Positions 56,054 to 64,000 of a DNA stretch of 64,000 nucleotides are shown here, in pieces (the stretch's first letter is position 1; every line of letters starts with the position of its first letter). The position numbers and the translations under genes were made by a program. Source of the DNA: Acidobacterium sp. (lineage in GTDB: Bacteria; Acidobacteriota; Vicinamibacteria; Vicinamibacterales; UBA2999); assembly GCA_002737365.1 (NCBI GenBank), contig NSIL01000003.1, positions 135,078 to 199,077 of the forward strand. The letters are read 5' to 3'. The notes below the pieces were generated by a model that was not told the DNA's origin, did no database searches, and was given only the letters and a program-made list of their open reading frames with translations.

Positions 56054-57901
56054 CTACTCCGAGGTCCGCGAGATTTCGTCCGTAACGAGGCGCAGCGGGA
56101 TGACCGTGGCCTGGGCCATCTGCTCCATCTGGACGTTGTGGCCCTTCACCGGCGGCAGGTCCTGGAACATGGTGTCCCACTTCCAGCGCTCCATCGGGTT
56201 GCTGGCTTTCAGCCAGTGCTCGGCGCTCACCGGGCGGTTGAACACGGTCTCAGTGAGGACGGAATATTCAGGCCGTGCCGACAGGAACGTGGCCACGTCG
56301 GCGCGCACCTGCTGCGAGGTGGTGTAGGTGTACGGCAGTCCGAGCGCGGCGGCCACGCTGGTGAGAATCTGCCAGTCTTCGACCGCTTCGCCCGGCGCGT
56401 TGAGGGCCCTCGAGGCGGCCTGGACCATGCCCTGGTCGTTGGTGTAGGTGGCGTCCTTCTCGACCCACGCGGCGCCCGGGAGCACCACGTCGGCGATCTT
56501 CGACAGCTCCGACTGGAGCACGCCCTGGTAGATGATCACCGGCACGCGGCCGGCCTTGCGGGCGTCGAGCAACCAGGTGAGGTCGCCCATCGAGCCATCC
56601 GGTCCCGGGTCGACGATGTAGAGCACCGCGACGCGGTCCTCGTCGATGGCGGTGCGCAGACCCGACAGATCCGCATCCCCGTCGCCAATGGCGGCGCCGT
56701 TCGCGCCGACCACTGACAGGCCGAGGTCACGCGCGCCGCTGACGTTGGGCGCATCGATCGCCGGGACGCGGAATTTGGTGTTGGCGGGCTGCTGTTTCTC
56801 GGTGCGCCGCCATGCGACGTGCACGTGCGAGGCGCCGCCGTCGCCCTTCAGGTCTTCGGCGAGGCGCTTGAGCAGGTACATCTCTTCGTGCGACGCGTGC
56901 GCCGACGCGAGCATGCGGATCGACGCCGGATCCTTGCGGCCGGCGGCATTCAGCAGGTCGCGCACGCGCATCAGCGCGTCCTTCCACGTCGCCACCTGCT
57001 GCACGCCGTCCTTAGTCAGGATCGTGGGCTTGCGCAAGCGCTGGTCGCCTTCGACCCAGAGGTACTGGAAGCGGCCGATGTCGCACATCCAGAAATCGTT
57101 GACCGCGGCGTTGTAGCGCGGGGTGACGCGGGCCAGCCGCGCGCCCTTGGCCCACTCGGGCTTGGCCTTCAGCCACGCCGTGGTGCTGCAGCCCTTCGAG
57201 CACAGCGTACAGGTGGTGTCGACCGCGTGCGGGTTGTCCCACGGCCGCGAGCGGAAGCGGTACTGCCGCGTGGTGATGGCGCCGACCGGGCAGACATCCA
57301 TCAAGTTGCCCGAGAGCAGCGAGTGGACGCCCTGTTCGTTGAAGGTCGCGATCTCGCTGCCGTTGCCGCGATTGATGGTGCCGATCTGCGCGTCGCCATC
57401 CACTTCGGCCATGAAGCGGCTGCAGCGTGTGCACAGGATGCAGCGGTTGCGGTTGAGCATCAGCGTCGGGCCGAAGTCGATGTCGGCCTTCACGCCCTCG
57501 CCGTCGAACGTGCGGCGCGGAAAATCCATGCGGCTGCTGTCGTTGCCGAACTGGTTCGAGAAGTCCTGCAGCGGGCACTCGCCGCCCTTGTCGCAGACCG
57601 GGCAATCGAGCGGGTGATTGATCAGCAGGAATTCGAACACGCCCTTGCGGCCTTCCACGGCCTCGGCATCCTGCGTGTGCACCACCATGCCCTCGGCCAC
57701 CGGCGTCGAACACGACGTCTGCAGTTTGGCCATCTTGTCGATCTTGACCAGGCAGACGCGGCACGAGGCATCGACGGCGAGACCGGGGTGGTAGCAGTAA
57801 TACGGAACCTGGATGCCGGCTTCGATGGCGGCCTTGAGGACCGACGTGCCCTTGGGCACGGACAACTGGCGGCCATCAATAGTCAGCGTGACGTTTTCCA
57901 T
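56054..57901 (-). CDS. NuoG-like NADH dehydrogenase 75-kDa subunit / molybdopterin-oxidoreductase-fold Fe-S protein
   Basis: N-terminal 2Fe-2S (..YYCYHPGLAVDASCRVCLV..) and 4Fe-4S Cys clusters (..HPLDCPVCDKGGECPLQ.., ..CILCTRCSRF..). 615 aa. No other nuo genes adjacent. Confidence 0.8.
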   Translation of the reverse strand: MENVTLTIDGRQLSVPKGTSVLKAAIEAGIQVPYYCYHPGLAVDASCRVCLVKIDKMAKLQTSCSTPVAEGMVVHTQDAEAVEGRKGVFEFLLINHPLDCPVCDKGGECPLQDFSNQFGNDSSRMDFPRRTFDGEGVKADIDFGPTLMLNRNRCILCTRCSRFMAEVDGDAQIGTINRGNGSEIATFNEQGVHSLLSGNLMDVCPVGAITTRQYRFRSRPWDNPHAVDTTCTLCSKGCSTTAWLKAKPEWAKGARLARVTPRYNAAVNDFWMCDIGRFQYLWVEGDQRLRKPTILTKDGVQQVATWKDALMRVRDLLNAAGRKDPASIRMLASAHASHEEMYLLKRLAEDLKGDGGASHVHVAWRRTEKQQPANTKFRVPAIDAPNVSGARDLGLSVVGANGAAIGDGDADLSGLRTAIDEDRVAVLYIVDPGPDGSMGDLTWLLDARKAGRVPVIIYQGVLQSELSKIADVVLPGAAWVEKDATYTNDQGMVQAASRALNAPGEAVEDWQILTSVAAALGLPYTYTTSQQVRADVATFLSARPEYSVLTETVFNRPVSAEHWLKASNPMERWKWDTMFQDLPPVKGHNVQMEQMAQATVIPLRLVTDEISRTSE

Positions 57902-57929
57902 GACCTTGGAATGATATCAGGGCTTGGGC

Positions 57930-60770
57930 CTACTTTCGTTCGATCACCGCCACCGCGCCGCCGTCCTGGTTGGCCTCGACCGACCGGACCACGCCCGCCA
58001 GCGGCAGGCGCTGTTCGGTAACGGCTTCCGAGATGGCGACCAGGTGTTCAGAGGTCTTGCCGTCGGTGTAGGTCACGGTCACCAGGACCGGGACGTCGAA
58101 GATCTCCCCAGCCTGTTCGAACCTGACCACCAGCTCCGGTCCTTCCTGGGCGGAACTGAACCGGAGGCGGGGGATTGATGAGTCATAGATCCAGCGCTCG
58201 AAGAACCGTTCGAGGTTGCGGCCGCTTTCGGCTTCCATGGCTTTGCGCAGGTCGTCGGTGCCGGCCTTCCTGAACCGGTGGTCGGCGTAATAGCGACGAA
58301 CGCCGCGGAAGAACGCGTCGTCGCCAACCTGGCGCCGCAGCATGTGAAGCACAGACGCGCCCTTGTTGTAGACGAGCGCGCGGAACACCCGGCTCTCGTT
58401 CTTGATGTGGCCCAGTCGATAACCGAGATAGACCGGCCCCTGGTCCGAATGCGCCACCGCCCAGCGCCGGAACTGGCGCAGGATGTCGCGGAAGGTGTCT
58501 TCACCGCGCCACTCGCGCGCAAACAGCGCTGCGAAGTACTGCGCGAAGCCCTCGCTCAGCCACTGCTCGTGATAGTTCTTCCAGCCCACGGCCTGGCCAA
58601 ACCACTGGTGCGCCAGTTCATGGGCGATGAAAAATTCCGGAAAGCCTGAAAACGCTGCCGGGTCGTCGCGCCAGTTGTGCGCCGTGATCGGCGGCGGGTT
58701 ATTGATCATGGCGAAGTAGCCCGGGGCATGACCGCCCGGCAGTTCGTCTTCGACCATGGCAATGGTGAGGGCGCCGTACGGCACATCGCCGATGAGCGAG
58801 GCGTATAACCGGAGGATGCCGGCGCCGAGCGGCACGGTCTCGCGCGCCTTTGATTCCTGCCGCTTGTTCGCATCCACCGCCAGTTGCACCGTGTTGCGCG
58901 CGCCGACGGGCGGAGCCGACACGGTCAGCGCCTGGAGCTTGATAATCTGCTGCGCCAGGGTATCGGCCGGTACCGAGAGCACCGCGGGCTGGGCAGGCGC
59001 GACAATGTCAAGGGCCACCGTGGCGGCATCGACGCGGTTCATCTTGCTGACGAGCATGGCCAGGTAGCGCAGCGGCTGCGGCGAGTTGAAGGTGTACGAG
59101 ACGCGGGACAGCGTGCGAACCGACCCTTCGAGTACGGCCGGTGCGGCGGCGGACGGCGATCCCGGCTCGAGCACACCAGACGCCACCACGCCATATTCAG
59201 CCGGGACGGTGATACGAATGTGCGCGCTGGCATAGTCGGTGACCTGCGCCTGCGGGTACCAGTAGCTGCGGTTGCTCAACAGCCACTTGGGTTCCGATGG
59301 AATAAAGAAGATGTCGTCGGGCTGCGAGTTGCGCTGTTCTAAAGGGTCCGACAAACCTAAAAGTTTGTCGCCACTGGTGATCGATTCGAGGTCGATCGAC
59401 TCGTCGGTAATACTGGTGCGCGCGAGGCGGCCGCTGTAGTTCAGTGTCAGCGTCAGCGGGAAATCACGGGCCACGGGTGAGGGCAGGTTGATCAGCACGC
59501 TGTTCTGGTTGCGAACGCGCAAGAACATCAGGCGGCCCAGTTCGTCGCTCGTCACCGCCGACACGTTCAGGCTGTCGGCGAATCGCAGCGTCAGCACACC
59601 GAGCGTGTGCGCCTTCACGCGCAGCTTGATCCGCGTGCGACCCTCCATCCACTCGCGCTCCGGGAAGTACTGCACGTCGATGTCGTACTCGGTGATGTCG
59701 TAGTCGACCAGGTCATCTTCGTTGTAGAAGCGGCCGCGGCTTGCTCGCTTCCGTTCCGAGGCGTACGACGCAATGTTGCGGCGGCGGGCGCGTTGAAACA
59801 ACGTGACGTCTTCAGGCTCGCCGCTCGATCTCGCATAGGTGAGCGGGTCGAACCGGCGGGTGCGAACTTCGGCGACGAAGTCGCCTGGTGGCGGCAGCAG
59901 CGACCACACCTCGCGGCTCAGATCACCCAGGTCGAGATTGAACGACTTGGCGACGTCCTCGTCGAAGACTGCCTGCGCGCGACGCACGACGCTGGGATCC
60001 ACCGGCACCGGCGCCAGGACGCCCTGGCCCACGCGCTGTTCGAACTCGAATGGGTTGATTCGCACAAACGCCATGGTGAACGGCGTCTCGAGCATGTCGG
60101 TGCCGGCGAACAGTCGCAACTGACCCTTTTCTTCTTTCGGTGCCGGCTCGAATAGCAGCGTGCCGTCGCCGATCAGCACCAGCGCGGTCACGCCTTCGGG
60201 CGTCTCGGCCACGAACACGTCACCCTGCGGCAGCTTCAGCGTGAAGTCGACGGCGGTCAGTACCAGGTTGCGTGCCGTGAACTGCTTCTCTGCCTGCAGC
60301 GACAGCCGGTGCAAGCCCTCGATCGAGGCCAGCCGATCTTCACTCTGGATGCGCCACGGCTGGTGCCCAAGCCCGTCGCCGCGCGGCCGGCGGATGTCGA
60401 GCCGCCACGTCGCGATCCGGCCACGGTTGCCCATTTCCTGGAACACTTCGAGCACCAGCTGATAGCCTTCGCCCGGCAGCGCGCCGGGTAACGCCGATCG
60501 ATCGCGTTCTTTGACGACGACGCGGGTGATGCCAGTGGGGACCATGGCGTCGAAGAACTCCAGCGCCTGCTCGCGATCGGCAGTCGGTGACAACAGATCC
60601 AACCAGCGGCTGCGATCCATGGTCGAGATGGCGGTTTCCACCGCCTGCATGAAGGCCTGGAGAAACAGTTCTTCAGCGTCTTGTGCCCGGGCCGGCACTT
60701 GTCCCGCAAAGCCTACGGCGGACAAGGGCGCCGCGCAGCAGAGGATCAAGACAAGAAGGCGTGCAAGCAT
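57930..60770 (-). CDS. M1-family zinc metallopeptidase (aminopeptidase N-like), secreted
   Basis: Signal peptide MLARLLVLILCCAAPLSA. HELAHQWFG ...WLSEGFAQY (HEXXH-18-E). 946 aa. Confidence 0.9.
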   Translation of the reverse strand: MLARLLVLILCCAAPLSAVGFAGQVPARAQDAEELFLQAFMQAVETAISTMDRSRWLDLLSPTADREQALEFFDAMVPTGITRVVVKERDRSALPGALPGEGYQLVLEVFQEMGNRGRIATWRLDIRRPRGDGLGHQPWRIQSEDRLASIEGLHRLSLQAEKQFTARNLVLTAVDFTLKLPQGDVFVAETPEGVTALVLIGDGTLLFEPAPKEEKGQLRLFAGTDMLETPFTMAFVRINPFEFEQRVGQGVLAPVPVDPSVVRRAQAVFDEDVAKSFNLDLGDLSREVWSLLPPPGDFVAEVRTRRFDPLTYARSSGEPEDVTLFQRARRRNIASYASERKRASRGRFYNEDDLVDYDITEYDIDVQYFPEREWMEGRTRIKLRVKAHTLGVLTLRFADSLNVSAVTSDELGRLMFLRVRNQNSVLINLPSPVARDFPLTLTLNYSGRLARTSITDESIDLESITSGDKLLGLSDPLEQRNSQPDDIFFIPSEPKWLLSNRSYWYPQAQVTDYASAHIRITVPAEYGVVASGVLEPGSPSAAAPAVLEGSVRTLSRVSYTFNSPQPLRYLAMLVSKMNRVDAATVALDIVAPAQPAVLSVPADTLAQQIIKLQALTVSAPPVGARNTVQLAVDANKRQESKARETVPLGAGILRLYASLIGDVPYGALTIAMVEDELPGGHAPGYFAMINNPPPITAHNWRDDPAAFSGFPEFFIAHELAHQWFGQAVGWKNYHEQWLSEGFAQYFAALFAREWRGEDTFRDILRQFRRWAVAHSDQGPVYLGYRLGHIKNESRVFRALVYNKGASVLHMLRRQVGDDAFFRGVRRYYADHRFRKAGTDDLRKAMEAESGRNLERFFERWIYDSSIPRLRFSSAQEGPELVVRFEQAGEIFDVPVLVTVTYTDGKTSEHLVAISEAVTEQRLPLAGVVRSVEANQDGGAVAVIERK
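59349..59370. repeat. Palindromic element copy CGACAAACCTAAAAGTTTGTCG in the M1 peptidase gene
   Basis: The reverse complement is identical to the mfd copy. Identity extends to 26 nt (GTGGCGACAAACTTTTAGGTTTGTCG). Encodes SGDKLLGLS. Confidence 0.9.
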
Positions 60771-60787
60771 AGCGGTCGTCCCAGAAA

Positions 60788-60807
60788 GGCGGCACGTCAG
60801 TGCCGCC
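60788..60807. repeat. GC-clamp mini-hairpin GGCGGCAC-GTCA-GTGCCGCC
   Basis: Perfect 8-bp arms. Lies between the kbl stop (60834) and the M1 peptidase start (60770). Confidence 0.85.
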
Positions 60808-60833
60808 GAGTCACTTAGCTCTAAACCCGGACG

Positions 60834-62018
60834 TTAGTTGATGACGCCGAGTTCCCTGCCGACCCTGGCAAACATGTCCAGGGCGTACTGGAGGTCCTCT
60901 TTGGTGTGGGTGGCGGCCACAATCGTGCGCAGGCGAGCCTGGTCGCGCGCCACGGTCGGAAAGCCGATGCTCTGGGCAAACACGCCCTGGGCAAACAGGG
61001 CGTCCGACATCTTCGCGGCGAGTGCGGCCTGGCCGACAATCACAGGCGTAATCGGGCTCTCGCTGAGGCCGGTGTTGAAGCCGAGCGACTTGAGGCCAGC
61101 CTTGAAGAAGCGGGTGTTGTCCCACAACCGATCGAGCCACTCCGGCTCACTCTCAAGCACGTCGAGCGCCGCGATGCAGGCGGCGGTCACGGCCGGCGGA
61201 TGCGAGGTCGAAAACAGGAACGGCCGCGCGCGGTGATACAGGAAGTCGACCAGCGCGCCGGTGCCGGCGACGTAGCCGCCGAGCACCCCGATCGCCTTCG
61301 ACAAGGTGCCGACCTGGATGTCGACGCGGCCGTGGCACTTGAAGTGGTCGACCGTGCCGCTGCCGTTGGTCCCAAACACCCCACTCGCATGCGCATCGTC
61401 CACCATCATGATGGCGCCGTATTCTTCGGCGATGGTGCAGAGCTCCGGGAGCGGGCCCAGGTCGCCTTCCATGGAGAAGACGCCGTCGGTGATCAGGATC
61501 TTGCGTTGCGAGGCAGGCAGGTTCTTGAGGATCTGGCGGGCGGCGTCAACGTCCTTGTGTGGAAACACCTTGATGGCGGCTCGGCTCAGGCGGCAGCCGT
61601 CGATGATGCTGGCGTGATTGAGCTCGTCCGAGATGACGACATCGTCTTTTGACAGCACCGCCGAGACGGTCCCGGCGTTGGCGGCGAAGCCGCTCTGGAA
61701 GACGACCACCGATTCCACGTGCTTGAACGCGGCGAGCCGGCGCTCGAGCTCGATGTGCATTTCCATGGTGCCCGAGATGGTGCGCACGGCGCCGGAGCCG
61801 ACGCCGTACTTGGCCACCGCCTCGAGCGCGGCCTGCTTCAGCCGGGGGTGCGTGGCGAGACCCAGGTAGTTGTTGGATGAGAGATTGACGACCGAGGTGT
61901 GGTCGAAGGTGCAGTGCGCGGCGGCCGCGCCTTCGAGGACCCGGAGCTTGCGGTACAGCCCCTGTTCCTTCAACGATGTCAGCTCAGCATTAAGAAAAGA
62001 AAGGGGATCGACACGCAT
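60834..62018 (-). CDS. kbl: Glycine C-acetyltransferase (2-amino-3-ketobutyrate CoA ligase)
   Basis: ATG 62018 (MRVDPLSFLNAELTSLKEQGLYR). PLP-lysine region ..GTLSKAIG... 394 aa. The track start 62069 would overlap the upstream gene. Confidence 0.88.
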   Translation of the reverse strand: MRVDPLSFLNAELTSLKEQGLYRKLRVLEGAAAAHCTFDHTSVVNLSSNNYLGLATHPRLKQAALEAVAKYGVGSGAVRTISGTMEMHIELERRLAAFKHVESVVVFQSGFAANAGTVSAVLSKDDVVISDELNHASIIDGCRLSRAAIKVFPHKDVDAARQILKNLPASQRKILITDGVFSMEGDLGPLPELCTIAEEYGAIMMVDDAHASGVFGTNGSGTVDHFKCHGRVDIQVGTLSKAIGVLGGYVAGTGALVDFLYHRARPFLFSTSHPPAVTAACIAALDVLESEPEWLDRLWDNTRFFKAGLKSLGFNTGLSESPITPVIVGQAALAAKMSDALFAQGVFAQSIGFPTVARDQARLRTIVAATHTKEDLQYALDMFARVGRELGVIN

Positions 62019-62025
62019 ACGTCTT

Positions 62026-64000
62026 CTAGCGTATCGCGTAGAGCGCGTCTTTGTCGTCGAAGGTTGCAACTAGCCTGGCGCCGTGGGCCTCGAGCCAGGT
62101 TTGCACCGTGGTCGAATGGACCGGGTTGGCGAAGGCGACGGGGTGCAGCACGACATGACTGCTGCCCGAGTCGAGCAGCGACTGCCACGACGCCGCGGGA
62201 TTGATGGTGACGTCTTTCAGGCGTGCGACACGCGCACTGTAGTCGGGAGGAAAACTGCCACTGTAGCCGTTGGTGATCGGCTTCCAGTGCGCGGCGGAGT
62301 AGTAGACGTAACGAATTTCCCAGGCGGCATCGCCGAAGGGGAACTCGGTGATGGCCGACCCGGCCGGCAGCGCGGCCACCGCGGCATACACCGGCGGGAC
62401 ACCTTCGCCAAGGACACGGTGTCCAGGCGATCCGGGGGGAAAGACGCGCGCTGGTGGCGTCGCCTCGTTCTGCCCCCAGGTTCCGTTCATCGGCAAGGGA
62501 ATCGCCGCGCCCTCGATCAGGATCAGCAGCGCGATCACGCCGACCGCAAGGGGTCTGACCCCGAGTATGGAATGCCGAGGGGTCTGACCCCCCCGCACAA
62601 TCGCCGCCATCCCATACCCCGCCATCACCGCCAGGAACAGGCCGGCAATCATGGCGTAACGCGCCGGCACACGCACGCCGTTGAATCCCGGGACGTACTC
62701 GTAAAAGATGCCGTACAACCCGAATCCTGACACCAAGGCATCGCCGGCCTTCGGCACGGGTCCGAGCGAGAGCCACATCGCCAGCACCGTCGCGACGGCG
62801 AAGAACGACAGCGGTGAGCGCGCCGCCCTCATCGTCGTTACGCGCGTGCGCGGCGAGACCATCAGCAGCAGGGCGGCGGCCGCCGCGAACTGCCACAGCA
62901 ACCGCTGTGGCGAGCGCGCACGGATCGGCACGGCCAGGACGTCGACGTTGAAGCCGCCGAAAAACACGGCGCTCACCACGGCGATGAACTGGGTGATGAC
63001 GACGACAGCGAGCAACACGATCAGGGCGCGCTTCCAGAGCGGCGACGGTGGGGTCAGACCCCTCTTCACTTCTTGCTCGGGGTTAGACCCCGGTGCGGCC
63101 ACCAGTGCGATCAGCGCCACGAACGCCAGCAGCCACGGCACAAATCCAACGAACGTCTCACCTTCGCCGTGTGGGTAATACCGCAACGCCTTGCCGAAGA
63201 GCCACAAGCTCTCGGATGCCGTGACGTACGACCAGACGTTGGCCGAGAACCGCACCACTTCCCCGAACGGCCGCTCGAAGCCGAACTGTTGCTGTGCTTG
63301 CGTATACGGAATCAGGAACGGCAGCGTCAGGACCAGGGTGCCAACAGCCGCGGCGAGCAAGCCAAGCCACGTGCGGACGTTGCGTAAAGTACCCAGGGAC
63401 CACATCCGATGCAGTACGAATAGCGGCGCGAACGGAGCGAAATAGAGCAGGTAGTAGCCGCACGACCAGTTCTGCATCACGAGCGCCGCCGTGCCTCCGA
63501 CCAATGCCTTGTAGGAATTCGTCGTGACGAAGCGATTCAGTCCCCACAGCGCGAACGGCATCCACTGCGAGCTCATCACCTGCAAGTGCGGCACCGAGGC
63601 GATGCGATAGGGAAGAAATCCGTAAACCAGTCCGGCCACGAACGCCGCGCGCCGATCGCCGGTCAGGTCGTACACCAACAGGTAAGTGCCGTACGCCGCG
63701 AGCACAAACGTCGAGATAAACAGCAGGTTGTAGCAAAGGATGATGTTGCCCGTCAGCCAGTAGACAGGAAGGATCTGCAGCACTTGTCCAAACAGGTGTT
63801 CCGAGAGCGCCAGGCCGAGCGGAGCCGGGTGGAAAATGTTGGCATCCCAGAACTGCGTCCAGCTCATGCCGCCGGTCAGCAATTGCGGCAAGTGCTCGGC
63901 GCCCCACGACAAAATCCACATGTTGAGGAGCGAGTCGCCCAGGTCCCCGGGAACGTCGCTCCCGAGTCCGCGTGCCAGAGGCCAGGTCAGAACGAGGGAA
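62026..64000 (-). CDS. Polytopic membrane glycosyltransferase-like protein (GT39/ArnT-like fold), N-terminus outside window
   Basis: Many TM helices. The frame stays open upstream of the track start (..SDVPGDLGDSLLNMWILSWGAEHL..) to base 64000. Family assignment is tentative. Confidence 0.65.
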   Translation of the reverse strand, partial: SLVLTWPLARGLGSDVPGDLGDSLLNMWILSWGAEHLPQLLTGGMSWTQFWDANIFHPAPLGLALSEHLFGQVLQILPVYWLTGNIILCYNLLFISTFVLAAYGTYLLVYDLTGDRRAAFVAGLVYGFLPYRIASVPHLQVMSSQWMPFALWGLNRFVTTNSYKALVGGTAALVMQNWSCGYYLLYFAPFAPLFVLHRMWSLGTLRNVRTWLGLLAAAVGTLVLTLPFLIPYTQAQQQFGFERPFGEVVRFSANVWSYVTASESLWLFGKALRYYPHGEGETFVGFVPWLLAFVALIALVAAPGSNPEQEVKRGLTPPSPLWKRALIVLLAVVVITQFIAVVSAVFFGGFNVDVLAVPIRARSPQRLLWQFAAAAALLLMVSPRTRVTTMRAARSPLSFFAVATVLAMWLSLGPVPKAGDALVSGFGLYGIFYEYVPGFNGVRVPARYAMIAGLFLAVMAGYGMAAIVRGGQTPRHSILGVRPLAVGVIALLILIEGAAIPLPMNGTWGQNEATPPARVFPPGSPGHRVLGEGVPPVYAAVAALPAGSAITEFPFGDAAWEIRYVYYSAAHWKPITNGYSGSFPPDYSARVARLKDVTINPAASWQSLLDSGSSHVVLHPVAFANPVHSTTVQTWLEAHGARLVATFDDKDALYAIR
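62550..62591. repeat. 42-nt composite: GGGGTCTGACCCC - 16 nt - GGGGTCTGACCCC, in frame in the glycosyltransferase-like gene
   Basis: Two identical 13-nt palindromes at 62550-62562 and 62579-62591. Spacer GAGTATGGAATGCCGA. Encodes RGGQTPRHSILGVRPL. Confidence 0.9.
63050..63091. repeat. Second 42-nt composite in inverted orientation: GGGGTCAGACCCC - 16 nt - GGGGTTAGACCCC
   Basis: Same 29-nt palindrome spacing. The reverse complement of the spacer matches the first spacer at 10 of 16 positions. Encodes PGSNPEQEVKRGLTPP. Exactly 500 nt from the first copy. Confidence 0.9.

Overview
High-GC bacterial chromosome window (GC not computed, roughly 60-65% by eye) centred on the replication origin. Species is not identifiable from sequence alone. 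Gene content (YidC with a long periplasmic domain, SurA-like chaperone, sigma-54 regulators) fits a diderm.

Gene layout:
- Left of the origin: uvrD 3' part on the plus strand, then on the minus strand lipoprotein, gyrA, gyrB, dnaN, an AT-rich DnaA-box region and dnaA. There is no recF.
- From 10 kb, almost everything is on the plus strand: rpmH-rnpA-yidD-yidC-jag-mnmE-mnmG-rsmG-parA-parB, selD, atpF'-F-H-A-G-D-C, a Wzm/Wzt-type ABC exporter, an RfaE-domain-II nucleotidyltransferase, mfd, a SurA-like PPIase, a NusG paralogue, dusB and a NeuB-family synthase.
- selD is a selenoprotein. Its in-frame TGA made the ORF track truncate it.
- From 36.5 kb orientation is mixed: a Dabb protein, a Lys/Trp-rich repeat protein and pgl; then a signalling cluster (NtrC-like sigma-54 activator, small HTH, 65-aa DHp-only protein, FliA-family sigma factor, hybrid histidine kinase); then a PCYCGC protein, MFS, Lrp/EamA, YhaM-like nuclease, fabZ, S9 peptidase, GAF-PP2C phosphatase, an orphan atpB, glnA preceded by a decayed receiver gene and a GAF membrane sensor, a NuoG-like protein, M1 peptidase, kbl and a GT39-like membrane glycosyltransferase that runs off the window.
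- I found no rRNA, tRNA, CRISPR, transposase, integrase or recognisable defence genes.

The unusual signal is not a gene cluster. It is an extraordinary density of short structured repeats:
- Stop-free heptanucleotide arrays, (GGGRTCC)n and (CTTGGGG)n, at about 22 loci.
- A 22-26 nt palindromic element, 4 clear copies plus 1 degenerate.
- A composite built from GGGGTCWGACCCC palindromes.
- GC-clamp mini-hairpins.
- A 61-nt palindrome.

Many copies lie in frame inside conserved housekeeping genes (gyrA, mfd, uvrD, atpF, dusB and others). Others form long hairpins exactly at cistron junctions. All coordinates were derived by hand from the printed sequence. No database search was possible.
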